64,000 bases of DNA from Synechococcus sp. (GTDB lineage: Bacteria; Cyanobacteriota; Cyanobacteriia; PCC-6307; Cyanobiaceae). Positions 18,911 to 30,621 of the stretch are shown here, one piece after another (the stretch's first letter is position 1; each line of letters starts with the position of its first letter). The position numbers were made by a program, and so were the translations under genes. The DNA lies in contig JBJBDC010000001.1 of assembly GCA_047285535.1 (NCBI GenBank), positions 512,136 through 576,135 of the forward strand, given 5' to 3'. Under the pieces are notes generated by a model. The model was not told where the DNA came from. It saw only the letters and a program-made list of their open reading frames with translations, and searched no databases.

Positions 18911-21070
18911 GTGCCCTCAACATTCCTTCTTGAAATCGGCACTGAGGAACTGCCTGCAGAGTTTGTTGGCTCGGCCCTGGATCAGCTGAAGAAAACTGTG
19001 GTGTCTGATTTGGCTGAGCTTCGCTTGGTCCATGGCGAGGTTACGGTCACGGGTACTCCCAGACGGTTGGTCGTAAGGGTCGAGTCTTTGATCGATCGTC
19101 AGTCTGATCTGGAGGAAGAACGCAAAGGACCCCCCGTTAAGCAAGCGATGGTGGATGGTCAACCCGGTCCAGCTGCGATTGGTTTTGCCAAGCGGTGTGG
19201 AGTGGATCCTCTAGAGCTCAAATCTCGTGATACCCCAAAAGGGCGATGTCTTTTTGCTCTGGTGAGGACGCTTGGAGAAGACACCACTACATTGCTGACG
19301 AATCGGATTCCGGCCTGGATTGATGACCTTCAAGGCAAAAGGTTTATGCGCTGGGGCGATGGAGATCAGAGGTTTAGCCGCCCTATTCGATGGTTGGTGT
19401 CCCTTTATGGGTCAGAGGTTGTCTCCGTCACGCTTTCTGCCGCGCAACCACCGGTTAACGGCGGTCGATTAAGTCGAGCACACCGTCTTCTTCAATCCAC
19501 ATTGGAGATTGATCACGCAGACAGCTATTTCAAGTCTGTGGAGAGGGCTGGGGTCATGGTGGATCGACTTCAGAGGGAGCGGCTAATTCGCTCGTCTTTG
19601 AACGATCAGGCAGCTGCAAGCTCGGCCACAGTGGATTGTCCGGAAGCACTATTCCAAGAGCTAGTGGATCTTGTTGAAGCTCCAAGAGTGTTAAGCGGCG
19701 AAATTTCTGACTGTTATCTCGATCTGCCGCCAGAAGTGATTGTCACTGTGATGCAGGCCCACCAGCGCTATGTCCCGTTAAGGCGAAGTCATACACGCGC
19801 CGATCCGTTGGCCCTGCAGGCCCGAGATGTGTTGTTGTCCAAGTTTTTGCTCGTGAGCAATGGCTTGGCAAGTGCCGATGTAAAGGTTGTGCGTGGTAAT
19901 GAACGGGTGCTAAGTGCCCGTTTGGCTGACGCAGAATTTTTCCTGACCGTTGACCGTAAATGCCCTAGCGATCAACGTCGTGAAGCCCTCAATCGAGTCA
20001 CCTTCGCTAAAGATCTCGGAAGCCTGCGAGATCGATCTGATCGCATTTCTTGGCTGATTGACTACCTGATTCAATCCCTTCCCATTCCTTCAGATACGGC
20101 TGCTCATGCCCAACGAGCAGCTTATTTCTGCAAGCATGATTTAGTCAGTCAAATGGTTGGCGAGTTTCCTGAGTTGCAGGGTGTGATGGGCGCAAAATAT
20201 TTGTTGGAGGAGGGTGAAGACAGACAAGTTGCTCTCGCAGTGGCTGAGCACTATCAGCCTCGTGGTTCTGGTGATTCTCTGCCATCCAGCGCAGCAGGTG
20301 CTCTACTTGCTTTGGCCGACCGGCTGGAATTGCTTTTAAGCATCTATGCGAAGGGTGACCGGCCTAGCGGTTCATCCGATCCCTATGCCCTGCGTCGTGC
20401 TGGGAACGGCATCGTTCAGATCCTCTGGGATCGTGGCTGGCGCCTTCCTCTGCAGACCCTGCTCTGTGATGCAGCGCGTCATTGGTCGGAACTTTTTCTT
20501 GTCTTTGACGTGGATGTTGACCAGTTGGTCGCAGATCTCTCGCTGTTGTTGCGCCAGCGAATGGTTTCTCAGTTTGAAGAAGATGGTTTTCCCGCTGATT
20601 TGGTTCAATCTGTTGCTGGGGAATCCATAGGCGATGTTCGGATTCTCGGAGATCCAGTCGATGGACGTGAACGTCTTGAGTTGCTTAATCAACTTCGTCG
20701 TGACCGTCGCTTGGAGGGAGTAAAGGCTGTGGTGCAACGTGCTGCAAAACTGGCAGAGAAGGGTGATCTAAAAATGGATCAACTCACTCCTGTAGGAGTC
20801 GTTCAGAGTGAATTGTTCCAATCCGTGAGTGAAGTATCTCTTTTAAAAGAACTCGAATTGCTTGCTCCTCTTTCACAATCTTGCAATTACGTTGAGTTAG
20901 CCGATGGTCTTCAGAGTGCCGCTAAGGCACTGGAGGTCTTTTTTGATGGACCACAAAGCGTCATGGTCATGGCAGACGATCTCGATGTCCGCCGTAATCG
21001 TCTCAACTTGTTGGGGGTCTTAAGAAATCAGGCATCAGTTCTTGCTTGTTTTGACTGCATCCAATCCTGA
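18911..21070 (+). CDS. glyS: Glycine--tRNA ligase beta subunit
   Basis: LLEIGTEELP, TPRRL, MRWG, RPIRW, GNERVLSARLADAEFF, EFPELQG, DPYALRR. Confidence 0.95.
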   Translation: MPSTFLLEIGTEELPAEFVGSALDQLKKTVVSDLAELRLVHGEVTVTGTPRRLVVRVESLIDRQSDLEEERKGPPVKQAMVDGQPGPAAIGFAKRCGVDPLELKSRDTPKGRCLFALVRTLGEDTTTLLTNRIPAWIDDLQGKRFMRWGDGDQRFSRPIRWLVSLYGSEVVSVTLSAAQPPVNGGRLSRAHRLLQSTLEIDHADSYFKSVERAGVMVDRLQRERLIRSSLNDQAAASSATVDCPEALFQELVDLVEAPRVLSGEISDCYLDLPPEVIVTVMQAHQRYVPLRRSHTRADPLALQARDVLLSKFLLVSNGLASADVKVVRGNERVLSARLADAEFFLTVDRKCPSDQRREALNRVTFAKDLGSLRDRSDRISWLIDYLIQSLPIPSDTAAHAQRAAYFCKHDLVSQMVGEFPELQGVMGAKYLLEEGEDRQVALAVAEHYQPRGSGDSLPSSAAGALLALADRLELLLSIYAKGDRPSGSSDPYALRRAGNGIVQILWDRGWRLPLQTLLCDAARHWSELFLVFDVDVDQLVADLSLLLRQRMVSQFEEDGFPADLVQSVAGESIGDVRILGDPVDGRERLELLNQLRRDRRLEGVKAVVQRAAKLAEKGDLKMDQLTPVGVVQSELFQSVSEVSLLKELELLAPLSQSCNYVELADGLQSAAKALEVFFDGPQSVMVMADDLDVRRNRLNLLGVLRNQASVLACFDCIQS

Positions 21071-21087
21071 TCGCTAGGCGATCAGGA

Positions 21088-22476
21088 TCAACTCGACGTG
21101 ACCTTGGAGCGCTCTTCTTCAATGCCTGCTTCCTTTGTCTTAGCAGCATGTCCCGAGGTCTGAGCTTTAATGGCTTGTGCCGCTTCATCAGCAAGGAAAT
21201 CACCATCGGAGCGACCTACGGCTGAAGGAACGGAGTCATAGGTGGAGGGCGCTAAAGCTTGGCCACGAAGAAGACTGCTAAGGGTTCGCAGCGTGAGTTT
21301 CACCTGCTGCCAAGGATTCATCATCACCACCCTCTTGTACAGATAACTGTCAAAAGTGAGTTTTTGGACATCCCTGTCGTCACACATTTCGACGAAGGCT
21401 TCTCTGGCAGCATCGCTGCGATAGAAAATTCTCTGAAGAATATCGAGTACGACATACGTCGCTCCGTATTTCCGATCCCAACGCTTGAGGTAGGTGTTTT
21501 TAATTTGCTTTTCCGTTGGTAATTCCTTCCCATTCTTTGAGATTTCAACGATTGCTTCGCCACACATTCGACCACTTTTCGCAGCGAAGTAGATGCCTTC
21601 ACCAGAACTTTTGGTGACATAGCCAGCGGCATCTCCAACCAAAGCCATGCGGCCCACAACTCTTCGAGGACGAGGATGTTCTGGGATTGGGTGTGCCTCA
21701 ACTTTGATGACTTCACCCTTGAATAAACGTTTACGGGCGCGTTCGCGAATGCCTTTCTGAAGTCCTTTGATGAGGGATTGATTTTGTTGCATTGTGCCGG
21801 TCCCTACGGCCACATGGTCGTACTTTGGGAACACCCAGGCATAGAAATCAGGAGAAACGTCAGTACCTACGTACATCTCAGCGAGATCTTCGTAGTAAGC
21901 CATTTCCTCTGCTGGCAATTTGATGCGTTCTTGGAAGGCGATTGCCACGTTGTAGCTTCCAGCGTCCATGGCTTTTGCTACACGGGAGTTGGCTCCATCG
22001 GCCCCAATGATCAGATCTACTTCGAGGGTTTTGATTTCGCCGGTGGCGCCGCCTGCGCTGTAGTCCGCGTAATGAATGGTGTAAGGACCTTGATGGTTGT
22101 CTCCAGTGTCGATTTTTTGCACCAATCCATTAATGAGAGTGGCTCCTAAATCGGCTGCTCGGTCTCGCAGAAATGAATCGAATACTTCACGGCGACACAT
22201 ACCGATATAGGCATTGGCGTCGTACCCCAGGGGATCTAACTTGATATCCACCTCCCGATTGGATGGTGAGATCATCTTCATATTCCGTACTTTGCGGTCG
22301 ATGATCGAGTCAGGAAGATTGAATTCTTCGACCATGCACAGGGGAATTGCCCCACCACAAGGCTTGGCATTGTCGAGCTTTCGCTCGAACAACCATGTCT
22401 TGATGCCGGCCTGTGCAAGGACTTCTGCAGCGCAGGATCCGCTTGGTCCCCCTCCGACCACGGCCACTCTCAGCAT
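21088..22476 (-). CDS. chlP: Geranylgeranyl reductase
   Basis: GGGPSGS, AKPCGGAIP, FYAWVFPK, GDAAGYV...GEGIYFA. Confidence 0.95.
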   Translation of the reverse strand: MLRVAVVGGGPSGSCAAEVLAQAGIKTWLFERKLDNAKPCGGAIPLCMVEEFNLPDSIIDRKVRNMKMISPSNREVDIKLDPLGYDANAYIGMCRREVFDSFLRDRAADLGATLINGLVQKIDTGDNHQGPYTIHYADYSAGGATGEIKTLEVDLIIGADGANSRVAKAMDAGSYNVAIAFQERIKLPAEEMAYYEDLAEMYVGTDVSPDFYAWVFPKYDHVAVGTGTMQQNQSLIKGLQKGIRERARKRLFKGEVIKVEAHPIPEHPRPRRVVGRMALVGDAAGYVTKSSGEGIYFAAKSGRMCGEAIVEISKNGKELPTEKQIKNTYLKRWDRKYGATYVVLDILQRIFYRSDAAREAFVEMCDDRDVQKLTFDSYLYKRVVMMNPWQQVKLTLRTLSSLLRGQALAPSTYDSVPSAVGRSDGDFLADEAAQAIKAQTSGHAAKTKEAGIEEERSKVTSS

Positions 22477-22561
22477 CTCCGCAAACTCCGCCGGATCATT
22501 GATTTCAAACTAATCACTCAACCCCAGAAGTGGCACTGGGGTCTAGCGGACCCCCTTACGA

Positions 22562-23332
22562 TTGAAACAACACTGCATGAATTTTCTGGGAAGGGTCGTC
22601 GCCACGCGTCGTAGCACCCGGGATGACATTCCTGTCGCCCGTCGGTCTAAACCTGTTCCTCGAAAGCGGGGTAACGGGTTGGGGATCGTTTTCGCTTGCC
22701 TGCTGGTGGGAGTGGGAAGTTTGGCTGCTGTTTGGTTGGGGCCAGAATTAATGGCCCTGCGCTCCACTGAACCTCTTGAAGCTGTTGAAGGAATCAAGAC
22801 TCGTCCGGATCGAGACGGTCGACTACTCGGACACTTTCCCTATGACGAAGCAATTTCTACGCAACTTGTTCCAGTAGAAGCTGGCATCGAGTTGCATCAG
22901 GACGCGGCACTTGCCCTGGATTCGATGCGAAGAGCTGCTGCTGCTGATGGAATTGATCTGAGGCTATTGAGTGGTTACCGCTCTCATGACTTGCAGAAGA
23001 CAATTTTCTTTGATGTGAAATCAGAAAGGAATCAGACAGCTGCAGAGCGAGCCAAGGTGTCAGCACCACCGGGTTATTCCGAGCACAGCACTGGCTATGC
23101 GATTGATCTCGGCGATGGTAGTCGCCCTGATACCAATCTTTCAGTTTCCTTCGAGACGACCCCAGCATTTCGCTGGCTTCAGGATCACGCCGCTAGTTAT
23201 CACTTCACACTTTCATTCCCTGAAGTGAATTCACAGGGTGTGAGTTACGAACCATGGCATTGGCGTTTTGAAGGTTCAGCAGAGGCTCTTCGCCAGTTCG
23301 AACCTGCTCGTCAGCTAGCTCTAGGACGTTGA
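22562..23332 (+). CDS. D-alanyl-D-alanine carboxypeptidase (M15B/VanY-like)
   Basis: SGYRS, SAPPGYSEHSTGYAID, YEPWHWRF; N-terminal TM anchor. Confidence 0.88.
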   Translation: MKQHCMNFLGRVVATRRSTRDDIPVARRSKPVPRKRGNGLGIVFACLLVGVGSLAAVWLGPELMALRSTEPLEAVEGIKTRPDRDGRLLGHFPYDEAISTQLVPVEAGIELHQDAALALDSMRRAAAADGIDLRLLSGYRSHDLQKTIFFDVKSERNQTAAERAKVSAPPGYSEHSTGYAIDLGDGSRPDTNLSVSFETTPAFRWLQDHAASYHFTLSFPEVNSQGVSYEPWHWRFEGSAEALRQFEPARQLALGR

Positions 23333-23673
23333 GTTAACAAAGCTTGCCTGAGTTGTTGCACTGAGAAGAGGAGTTGACCGTGTTGATGGCCACTTGATGC
23401 AATGGTTTTGATTCAGCCGTCTGAATGAACATGACAAGAATTCTCGTCCCAGAACGTTCAGCGGCTCAGCGAAGCACCTTTGAGACAAATACTTGAAGAT
23501 GATGGTTGGCAATGGGAGTCATTGGAACACCGATTGGGTGTAATGCGTGGCAGATTGGATATTGGTTGTCATCCATACGCGATCAGTCATGTTGATCAAT
23601 CTCACTTTGAGATAGCATGTCGCAGCTGCGCCTGCGGGCCTTCAAAGTCTCCCCTTAGAACGATACGGACCTC

Positions 23674-25476
23674 ATGAGCGCCCCGAACAAGGCGATCCGC
23701 AACATAGCGATCATCGCCCACGTGGATCACGGTAAGACCACTCTTGTGGATGCTTTGCTCAGTCAGTCAGGAATCTTTCGGGATAATGAGGCTGTTCCAA
23801 CATGCGTTATGGACTCCAATGATTTGGAGAGAGAGAGGGGAATTACTATCCTTTCAAAAAATACAGCTGTCACCTACAACGATACGCGAATCAATATTGT
23901 TGATACTCCTGGACATGCTGATTTTGGGGGGGAGGTTGAACGAGTGCTTGGCATGGTGGATGGTTGCTTGTTAATCGTCGACGCTAATGAGGGCCCTATG
24001 CCTCAGACCCGTTTCGTCCTCAAAAAAGCTCTGGAGCAGGGTTTAAGGCCAATCGTATTTGTGAACAAAATAGATCGTGCTCGTGTAGATCCAGAGACAG
24101 CAGTTGATAAGGTTCTTGATTTATTTCTAGATCTCGGCGCTGATGATGATCAGTGCGATTTTCCCTATCTATTTGGTAGTGGTTTAGGTGGCTTTGCTAA
24201 GCCAGATATGAAAACGGAGAGTGACAATATGCGCCCTCTGTTTGACGCTATTTTGCGTCATGTACCTCCACCGGTTGGAGATGCTGAGAAGCCTTTACAG
24301 CTTCAGATTACTACTCTTGATTATTCAGACTTTCTGGGTCGTATTATTATTGGTAGGGTCCACAATGGCATCATCAGACAAGGTCAGAATGCTGCTCTGA
24401 TTAAAGACGATGGCAACGTCAAGAAGGGTCGAATTAGCAAATTACTTGGCTTTGAAGGATTGCAGAGGGTTGATATTTCAGAGGCTTCTGCTGGTGATTT
24501 AGTTGCTGTGGCGGGATTTGATGACGTCAACATTGGTGAAACAATTGCTTGTCCCGATGAACCAAAAGCATTACCTCTGATCAAGGTGGATGAACCTACT
24601 TTGCAAATGACATTCGTTGTGAATGATTCTCCCTTTGCTGGTAAAGAGGGGAAATTTGTGACGAGTCGTCAGCTTAGAGACCGTTTGCAGCGTGAACTTC
24701 TAACCAATGTCGCATTACGTGTTGAAGATACTGACTCGCCTGATCGGTTTTCGGTTAGTGGTCGAGGGGAACTTCATTTAGGCATTTTGATTGAAACGAT
24801 GCGCCGAGAGGGCTATGAATTTCAAGTCTCTCAGCCGCAGGTGATTTTCCGCACCATCGACGGTACCCCTTGTGAACCAGTGGAAACCCTCGTAATGGAT
24901 GTACCTGAGGCAGCAGTTGGCAGTTGTATTGAAAAGCTTGGGACCCGCAAAGGCGAGATGCAGAACATGGAAACTGGGGCTGATAATCGCACCCAGCTGG
25001 AATTTGTTGTGCCTTCCCGTGGACTCATAGGCTTTCGTGGAGAATTTATTCGCTCCACACGAGGCGAGGGAATTATGAGTCATTCCTTTTTTGAATATCG
25101 CCCAATGGTCGGTGACTTTGATACCCGTAGGAATGGCGTTTTAATTGCCTTTGAGGAAGGCACTGCCACTTTCTACGCCCTAAAGGGTGCAGAAGACAGA
25201 GGTCAGTTCTTTATTACTCCCGGTACAAAAGTTTACAAGGGCATGATCATTGGTGAGAATACTCGGCAACAGGATATGGAAATTAATATCTGTAAAGCAA
25301 AGCAAGTGACCAATATTCGCTCTGCTGGTGCAGATGTTTTAGATTCACTTCAATCTCCTATTCAGATGACTCTGGAACGCGCCTTGGAGTACATAGGACC
25401 TGATGAAATGCTAGAGGTTACGCCTGAATCTATTCGGTTGCGTAAGTTGCCAGCAAAAAAAATGGCTAAGCGTTGA
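23674..25476 (+). CDS. typA: Translational GTPase TypA/BipA
   Basis: [43 protein letters not shown]. Confidence 0.97.
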   Translation: MSAPNKAIRNIAIIAHVDHGKTTLVDALLSQSGIFRDNEAVPTCVMDSNDLERERGITILSKNTAVTYNDTRINIVDTPGHADFGGEVERVLGMVDGCLLIVDANEGPMPQTRFVLKKALEQGLRPIVFVNKIDRARVDPETAVDKVLDLFLDLGADDDQCDFPYLFGSGLGGFAKPDMKTESDNMRPLFDAILRHVPPPVGDAEKPLQLQITTLDYSDFLGRIIIGRVHNGIIRQGQNAALIKDDGNVKKGRISKLLGFEGLQRVDISEASAGDLVAVAGFDDVNIGETIACPDEPKALPLIKVDEPTLQMTFVVNDSPFAGKEGKFVTSRQLRDRLQRELLTNVALRVEDTDSPDRFSVSGRGELHLGILIETMRREGYEFQVSQPQVIFRTIDGTPCEPVETLVMDVPEAAVGSCIEKLGTRKGEMQNMETGADNRTQLEFVVPSRGLIGFRGEFIRSTRGEGIMSHSFFEYRPMVGDFDTRRNGVLIAFEEGTATFYALKGAEDRGQFFITPGTKVYKGMIIGENTRQQDMEINICKAKQVTNIRSAGADVLDSLQSPIQMTLERALEYIGPDEMLEVTPESIRLRKLPAKKMAKR

Positions 25477-25832
25477 GCGTTCAGATTGATCCCCGTTTTC
25501 CTCCGGCCATCGATCTTTTTAATCGTGGTGCCTGGTACGAAGCTCATGATGCATTTGAAGAGCTTTGGCATGAAACGACCAGTCCAGAGCGGCGATTGCT
25601 GCAGGGAATCATCCAAATTGCAGTGGCTCATGTTCATCTTGAACGGGGCAACCGCCGAGGAGCCATCATGCTCCTTGGTGAGGCAGTTGGTCGACTCTCT
25701 GCAGCATCATCAGGAGATCTTGGTTTAAATCTCCCATTGCTTTGCAATCAAGCACGCTTAAGGCTTGAAGCCCTTCAACAGGATATGGATCCTGATCAAC
25801 TTCCCGTTCCGAAATTGCGTGACCACACTTGA
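25473..25832 (+). CDS. DUF309 family protein
   Basis: LFN...YEAHDAFEELW...LQGIIQIAV. Confidence 0.85.
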   Translation: MSVQIDPRFPPAIDLFNRGAWYEAHDAFEELWHETTSPERRLLQGIIQIAVAHVHLERGNRRGAIMLLGEAVGRLSAASSGDLGLNLPLLCNQARLRLEALQQDMDPDQLPVPKLRDHT

Positions 25833-25871
25833 ATCTCTGGGTACATTGGCTCTACTGACGAGAGCGATCCA

Positions 25872-26324
25872 TTGTTTTTACGCTCCATCGCGCTCACAAT
25901 GAAAAGTTCTCTATCGAAGATTCTTTCCTTAACAACGCTACTGCTCGTCTCTTCAAATGCTCTTCCTGCCAAAGCTCAGATCGAGACAGACGACGATCGA
26001 TTGATCACGATTGAATCAGATACGCAAAGCGCTGACAACATTACTGGTGTGGTCACTGCCTTAGGGAACGTTCGTATTGTTTATCCTGCCAAGGGAATGG
26101 TGGCGACTTCTCGTCAGGCTCAGTATTTCAGCAAGGAAGCATTGCTCGTTCTCAGTGGCGATGTTGATGTGGTCCAAGAAGATGGCAACAGCATTCGTGC
26201 TGAAAGAGTTACTTACAACCTTGATGACGAACGTGCCTTAGCGGACCCCTCCCCAGGCCAGCAAGTTCACTCCACGCTTCTTTTGCAGCGGAGTCCGTCA
26301 TCGCAAACTCCTTTATCGCCATGA
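25872..26324 (+). CDS. lptA: LptA/OstA-family LPS transport protein
   Basis: Signal peptide, beta-jellyroll-like sequence (TALGNV, LSGDV), upstream of lptB. Confidence 0.75.
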   Translation: MFLRSIALTMKSSLSKILSLTTLLLVSSNALPAKAQIETDDDRLITIESDTQSADNITGVVTALGNVRIVYPAKGMVATSRQAQYFSKEALLVLSGDVDVVQEDGNSIRAERVTYNLDDERALADPSPGQQVHSTLLLQRSPSSQTPLSP

Positions 26325-27049
26325 GTTTGAGTCTTGAACAGGTGTCTCTTACCCTTGGAGGACGAATGTTGGTTCGTTCTCTTTCACTCAACTTGAAGCC
26401 TGGTGAAGTGATTGGCTTACTTGGCCCCAATGGTGCAGGCAAGACAACTAGTTTTAACTTAGTCATTGGGTTGCTACGTCCTGATTCTGGTCAGGTTCTT
26501 CTTGATGGTCACCCTGTAGCTGACCTTTCGATGCCGCAGAGAGCACGTCTCGGAATTGGTTACCTACCGCAGGAGCCAAGTGTGTTTCGACAGTTGACAG
26601 TTCGGCAAAATCTTGAATTGGTGCTGGCTCAAAGTGGATTATCTAAAGTTGATAGTCGCGATCGCTTGCATCAATTAATAGATGATTTCCACTTAGAGCC
26701 TTTTATTCATCGCTTTGGTTATCAGCTATCAGGTGGTGAACGACGACGATGCGAGGTAGCTCGCGCCCTCGCAGTTGGTCTTGAAGGTCCACGTTATTTG
26801 CTGCTCGATGAACCTTTTGCAGGTGTTGATCCACTGGCCGTGGCTGACCTTCAACAACTGATCCATGGTTTACGTCAACGAGGTATGGGCATCCTCATCA
26901 CTGACCATAATGTTCGGGAAACACTTGCCATTACAGATCGAGCCTACATTTTGACGGATGGAAGCATTCTTTCTGCAGGCCGTTCGGACCAAGTGGCTCA
27001 CGATCCACTGGTCCGACGTCACTACCTCGGTGAGGATTTTCAGCTGTGA
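26321..27049 (+). CDS. lptB: LPS export ABC transporter ATP-binding protein
   Basis: GPNGAGKTT, GYLPQE, LSGGERRR, LDEPFAGVDP, TDHNVRETL. Confidence 0.93.
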   Translation: MSLSLEQVSLTLGGRMLVRSLSLNLKPGEVIGLLGPNGAGKTTSFNLVIGLLRPDSGQVLLDGHPVADLSMPQRARLGIGYLPQEPSVFRQLTVRQNLELVLAQSGLSKVDSRDRLHQLIDDFHLEPFIHRFGYQLSGGERRRCEVARALAVGLEGPRYLLLDEPFAGVDPLAVADLQQLIHGLRQRGMGILITDHNVRETLAITDRAYILTDGSILSAGRSDQVAHDPLVRRHYLGEDFQL

Positions 27050-28224
27050 ATAGTGACATCTTTATTTCCTCTCAACGTCAAATACGTTTAATTCTGCAAC
27101 GGATTCCATTGATTGACCGTTGGCTGTTTGGGGAACTCATCGGTCCACTGTTGTTTGCCCTGACAGCATTCACCGTTGTGTCCTTATCGGTCGGCGTGAT
27201 GTTTGATTTGGTACGCAAAATAGTTGAATCCAATCTGCCATGGACTATTGCAATTCAAGTGCTGCTGCTGAGATTGCCAAGTTTTCTAGTGATTTCATTT
27301 CCGATGGCCACCTTGATGGCATCGCTTCTTGCCTACAGTCGCCTCTCAGCTAACAGTGAACTCACTGCATTACGCAGCGTAGGTGTCACCGCCAGTCGCA
27401 TGATTGCACCCGCAATTGCAGTAGCTCTTGTGATGACAGGTCTTTCTTTTTTGTTTAACGATGTTATTGTGCCAAGAACAAATCGTTCCGCTGAATATAC
27501 TTTGCAGCGAGCTCTTGGGAAGGCCATAGCTACTGAAAAAGGAGATAATATTGTCTATTCAAGATTTGGTCGTGTATCGGGACCTGATGGTGATGCGGGT
27601 AAGGGATTAACGCAATTATTTTATGCGCGCGAGTTTAAGGATGGGACGATGATTGGAGTCACTGTTCTAGATTTTTCAAGACTTGGTTTTACTCAAATGC
27701 TTGTTGCCGATAAAGCTAATTGGAATGAATCCCAAGCAAAATGGGAATTTATGGAAGGGAAAATCCTTACACTGACTCCATCAGGTAGTACTACTTCAGC
27801 TGATTTTGATCGTTACTTGTACCCACTGAGTCCAGCGCCTTTGCGAATAGCCAAATTGCCTAAAGATGCCAATAATATGACCGTAGCTGAAGCTATTGAG
27901 GCGGAGAGCCTTCTCTCTGATGCTGGTGATCGAAAAGAGTCTCGTAGGCTAAGGGTTCGTATACAAGAGAAATTCACGGTTCCGATGGCCTGCCTAGTGT
28001 TTGGTTTAATCGGATCGAGCCTTGGAGCTAAACCCAATAGTCGTACAAGTCGAAGTCAGGGATTTGGAATCAGCGTGGTTCTTATTTTTGTTTACTACGT
28101 ATTGAGTTTCAGTTTCAGTTCGTTGGGGGTTAAGGGAACTTTGCCTCCTTTGATTGCTGCTTGGTCCCCTGTTTTAATCTCATTAGCAGGAGGTGGATTT
28201 TTGCTACGTCAGGCCAGCCGGTAG
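27046..28224 (+). CDS. LptF/LptG-family permease
   Basis: SELTALRSVG, six TM helices, follows lptB. Confidence 0.88.
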   Translation: MNSDIFISSQRQIRLILQRIPLIDRWLFGELIGPLLFALTAFTVVSLSVGVMFDLVRKIVESNLPWTIAIQVLLLRLPSFLVISFPMATLMASLLAYSRLSANSELTALRSVGVTASRMIAPAIAVALVMTGLSFLFNDVIVPRTNRSAEYTLQRALGKAIATEKGDNIVYSRFGRVSGPDGDAGKGLTQLFYAREFKDGTMIGVTVLDFSRLGFTQMLVADKANWNESQAKWEFMEGKILTLTPSGSTTSADFDRYLYPLSPAPLRIAKLPKDANNMTVAEAIEAESLLSDAGDRKESRRLRVRIQEKFTVPMACLVFGLIGSSLGAKPNSRTSRSQGFGISVVLIFVYYVLSFSFSSLGVKGTLPPLIAAWSPVLISLAGGGFLLRQASR

Positions 28225-28251
28225 CGAAAGAGGGCAGAATCAATCTGTTAG

Positions 28252-29196
28252 ATGTCGTCGATCATGGAGATGGCCGGTATGGATCCTGTACTCGGACTTG
28301 GTTTACTCGCTTTTGCTTTCCTTTTGTTCGCCTTGCCCTTGGCTTTCTGGACAGTGAGCTCAGAGCAAACTTCTGGTGTGGTGACTCTTTTAGTTGCAGC
28401 AGCCAATCTTGCCTTCACGGCACAGCTTGTTTTTCGTTGGTGGCAGTCAGGCCATTTCCCGATCAGCAACCTCTACGAATCGCTTTGTTTCTTGGCTTGG
28501 GCATGCACCATGACTCAATTGTTAGTTGAGCGAGCCTGGTCTACGCCCATCGTTGCAGCTGCTGCGACTCCTATGGGCTTGGGATGCATTGCTTTTGCGA
28601 GCTTTGCGCTTCCTGATCAGTTGCAAGAGGCGTCACCTCTTGTCCCAGCACTTCGATCAACCTGGCTTGTGATGCATGTCAGCGTGATTATGGTGAGTTA
28701 CGCGGCTCTGTTGATTGGTTCTCTGTTGTCTGTTGCTGTTTTAGTAACAGACAGGGGACAATCTTTGGAGTTACGCAGCAGCTCAATTGGAAGTGGTGGT
28801 TATCGACGTGCGGCGATGGCTTCTCACCTTGGCAGTCTCACGAACTCAGAGCTGAATTTGTCTTCTGTGCAATTCACTCGGAATGAGCTGTTGGACAGTC
28901 TTAGCTATCGCACCATTACGGTTGGGTTTTTATTGCTCACAGTTGGAATTATTAGTGGCGCCGTGTGGGCCAATGAAGCTTGGGGTAGTTACTGGAGCTG
29001 GGATCCCAAAGAAACTTGGGCACTGATTTGTTGGTTGGTCTATGCAGCCTATCTGCATTCGCGGTTGAGCAGAGGATGGCAGGGGCGACGTCCTGCCCTT
29101 GTCGCGAGTGCAGGATTGATAGTGATTGGTGTCTGTTATATCGGAGTGAATCTTCTTGGTATTGGCCTCCATAGCTATGGATGGTTCTTTGGTTAG
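28252..29196 (+). CDS. ccsA: Cytochrome c biogenesis protein CcsA (system II; CcsB in some nomenclatures)
   Basis: [17 protein letters not shown] domain [23 protein letters not shown]. Confidence 0.93.
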   Translation: MSSIMEMAGMDPVLGLGLLAFAFLLFALPLAFWTVSSEQTSGVVTLLVAAANLAFTAQLVFRWWQSGHFPISNLYESLCFLAWACTMTQLLVERAWSTPIVAAAATPMGLGCIAFASFALPDQLQEASPLVPALRSTWLVMHVSVIMVSYAALLIGSLLSVAVLVTDRGQSLELRSSSIGSGGYRRAAMASHLGSLTNSELNLSSVQFTRNELLDSLSYRTITVGFLLLTVGIISGAVWANEAWGSYWSWDPKETWALICWLVYAAYLHSRLSRGWQGRRPALVASAGLIVIGVCYIGVNLLGIGLHSYGWFFG

Positions 29197-29399
29197 CAGA
29201 TTTCTTCATACTTTTTGTGTTTGCCCTTTCTTTATGCTTGTTAAACCTTTCGTTGTTTCCCATGAAGAGATTTTAAATCTTTTCATTCCATGAATAATCA
29301 ATGTTATACATACTCCAGAAAGTTCGTCGAGCTTTTAGATCGGCTGATGCTTATACTTTTTGGATAAGCCATAATGGATTTGGCAAAACCCACTCTCCG

Positions 29400-29825
29400 A
29401 TGAACGGTATTAAACTAATTGGAACAATTCTGTTTCTAATAGGTGTTGCCAGTTGCGAATCCAAGCAAACCTCAATGGCACAGGCTCAGATGGCTTGTGC
29501 TAAATGGGAAAAATTAGGAACAAAGGCTACTGGAACTATAACTATTCAACCTGAGCAAACAGAGAAGATGGAACGAGCATGGGATATTGATACAGACTAT
29601 GGTTCTGGTTTTGCTGAAAATTGGATGTATGTTGAGGAAAAAAGAAGAGAATGGATGTCTCAACCACAAACCCATACTTATACGTCCTTACATTCTAGAG
29701 AATGTGTCAATGATAAAGATAATAATCAGGTTTTAGGTAAGGAGAATAAGGAGATTGCTAGCGGTAACTATCGTTGGATGGAGAAGGAAGGAGAGTGGGA
29801 AATCGTAAAAAGATACCGCTATTAG
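29400..29825 (+). CDS. Hypothetical lipoprotein, AT-rich
   Basis: From ATG 29400: MNGIKLIGTILFLIGVASC, a lipobox-like VASC. The ORF track starts the frame at 29301. Confidence 0.55.
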   Translation: MNGIKLIGTILFLIGVASCESKQTSMAQAQMACAKWEKLGTKATGTITIQPEQTEKMERAWDIDTDYGSGFAENWMYVEEKRREWMSQPQTHTYTSLHSRECVNDKDNNQVLGKENKEIASGNYRWMEKEGEWEIVKRYRY

Positions 29826-30321
29826 ATCTTTTATGATTTCAAACATTGTTTTTGGTTTTGAGCCTATAGTGACGGTATCTGCAACCTGATTAGCGCTCAG
29901 CAAGACTAGTTTGAGTAATCCTTATTGCTTATCTCTATTGTTGATTATAAAGTCCTTGATTTCTCGTTAACGAGAAGTTTTTGAGCCAAATTCATCCTTT
30001 ATCCTTGAGTCAGTTTCTCCAATAAATATCTCTGCTTTTTCGTGCTGAGTTGCTTAGGTAGTTGTTTCTTTGTACTGATTCATGCAGTCGAAGATTGCAT
30101 TTTTTGAGTTTTTAATTATATGTATTCTGTAGGCCTAGAACTTTTCAGAAACTGATAATATCTATAGGCCTGTGGTGGATCCTCGGTCATAATGAAGAGA
30201 TTAAAATCTCCTGAATCGCCGTCTCGAGAATTTATTGCGATCAACGGAGGGAATGTTGTTCTTGCATTGTCTGGCTATGAATTTGGAATAATTTCCGTCA
30301 TTATGGCTAGAGAAATGAAGC

Positions 30322-30621
30322 TCAACTTTCGTTGACTAATCCATCTAATCCGTAAAGTATATGTGAGACCTCCTCCACATCTATCCAGCGAATTTTATCA
30401 TCATCAACATCAACCACTTGAATGATTGACTTTCCACTTGCATCTTTTGCTGTGCTGTTGCAGGAGACTACCTGGCCCATCCACCAACTTCGATCCTTCT
30501 TGAGATCAACTTGATTCTCACCTTTGACGAGAATATAGTCGCCTGCTTTGACTCTTAGGGAGGACTGGCTAGCCACCTGACCATATGGAAAAGGTGTGCG
30601 TTCCTTGGCTTCGTAATTCAT
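30322..30621 (-). CDS. DUF3104 family protein
   Basis: VKAGDYILV, WWMGQV, QVVDVD...IRWI pattern. Confidence 0.75.
   Translation of the reverse strand: MNYEAKERTPFPYGQVASQSSLRVKAGDYILVKGENQVDLKKDRSWWMGQVVSCNSTAKDASGKSIIQVVDVDDDKIRWIDVEEVSHILYGLDGLVNES

Noticed and set aside
22521..22542. ACCCCAG/CTGGGGT hairpin as a terminator
   Set aside because: It lies between divergent genes and lacks a U-tract; function unsupported.
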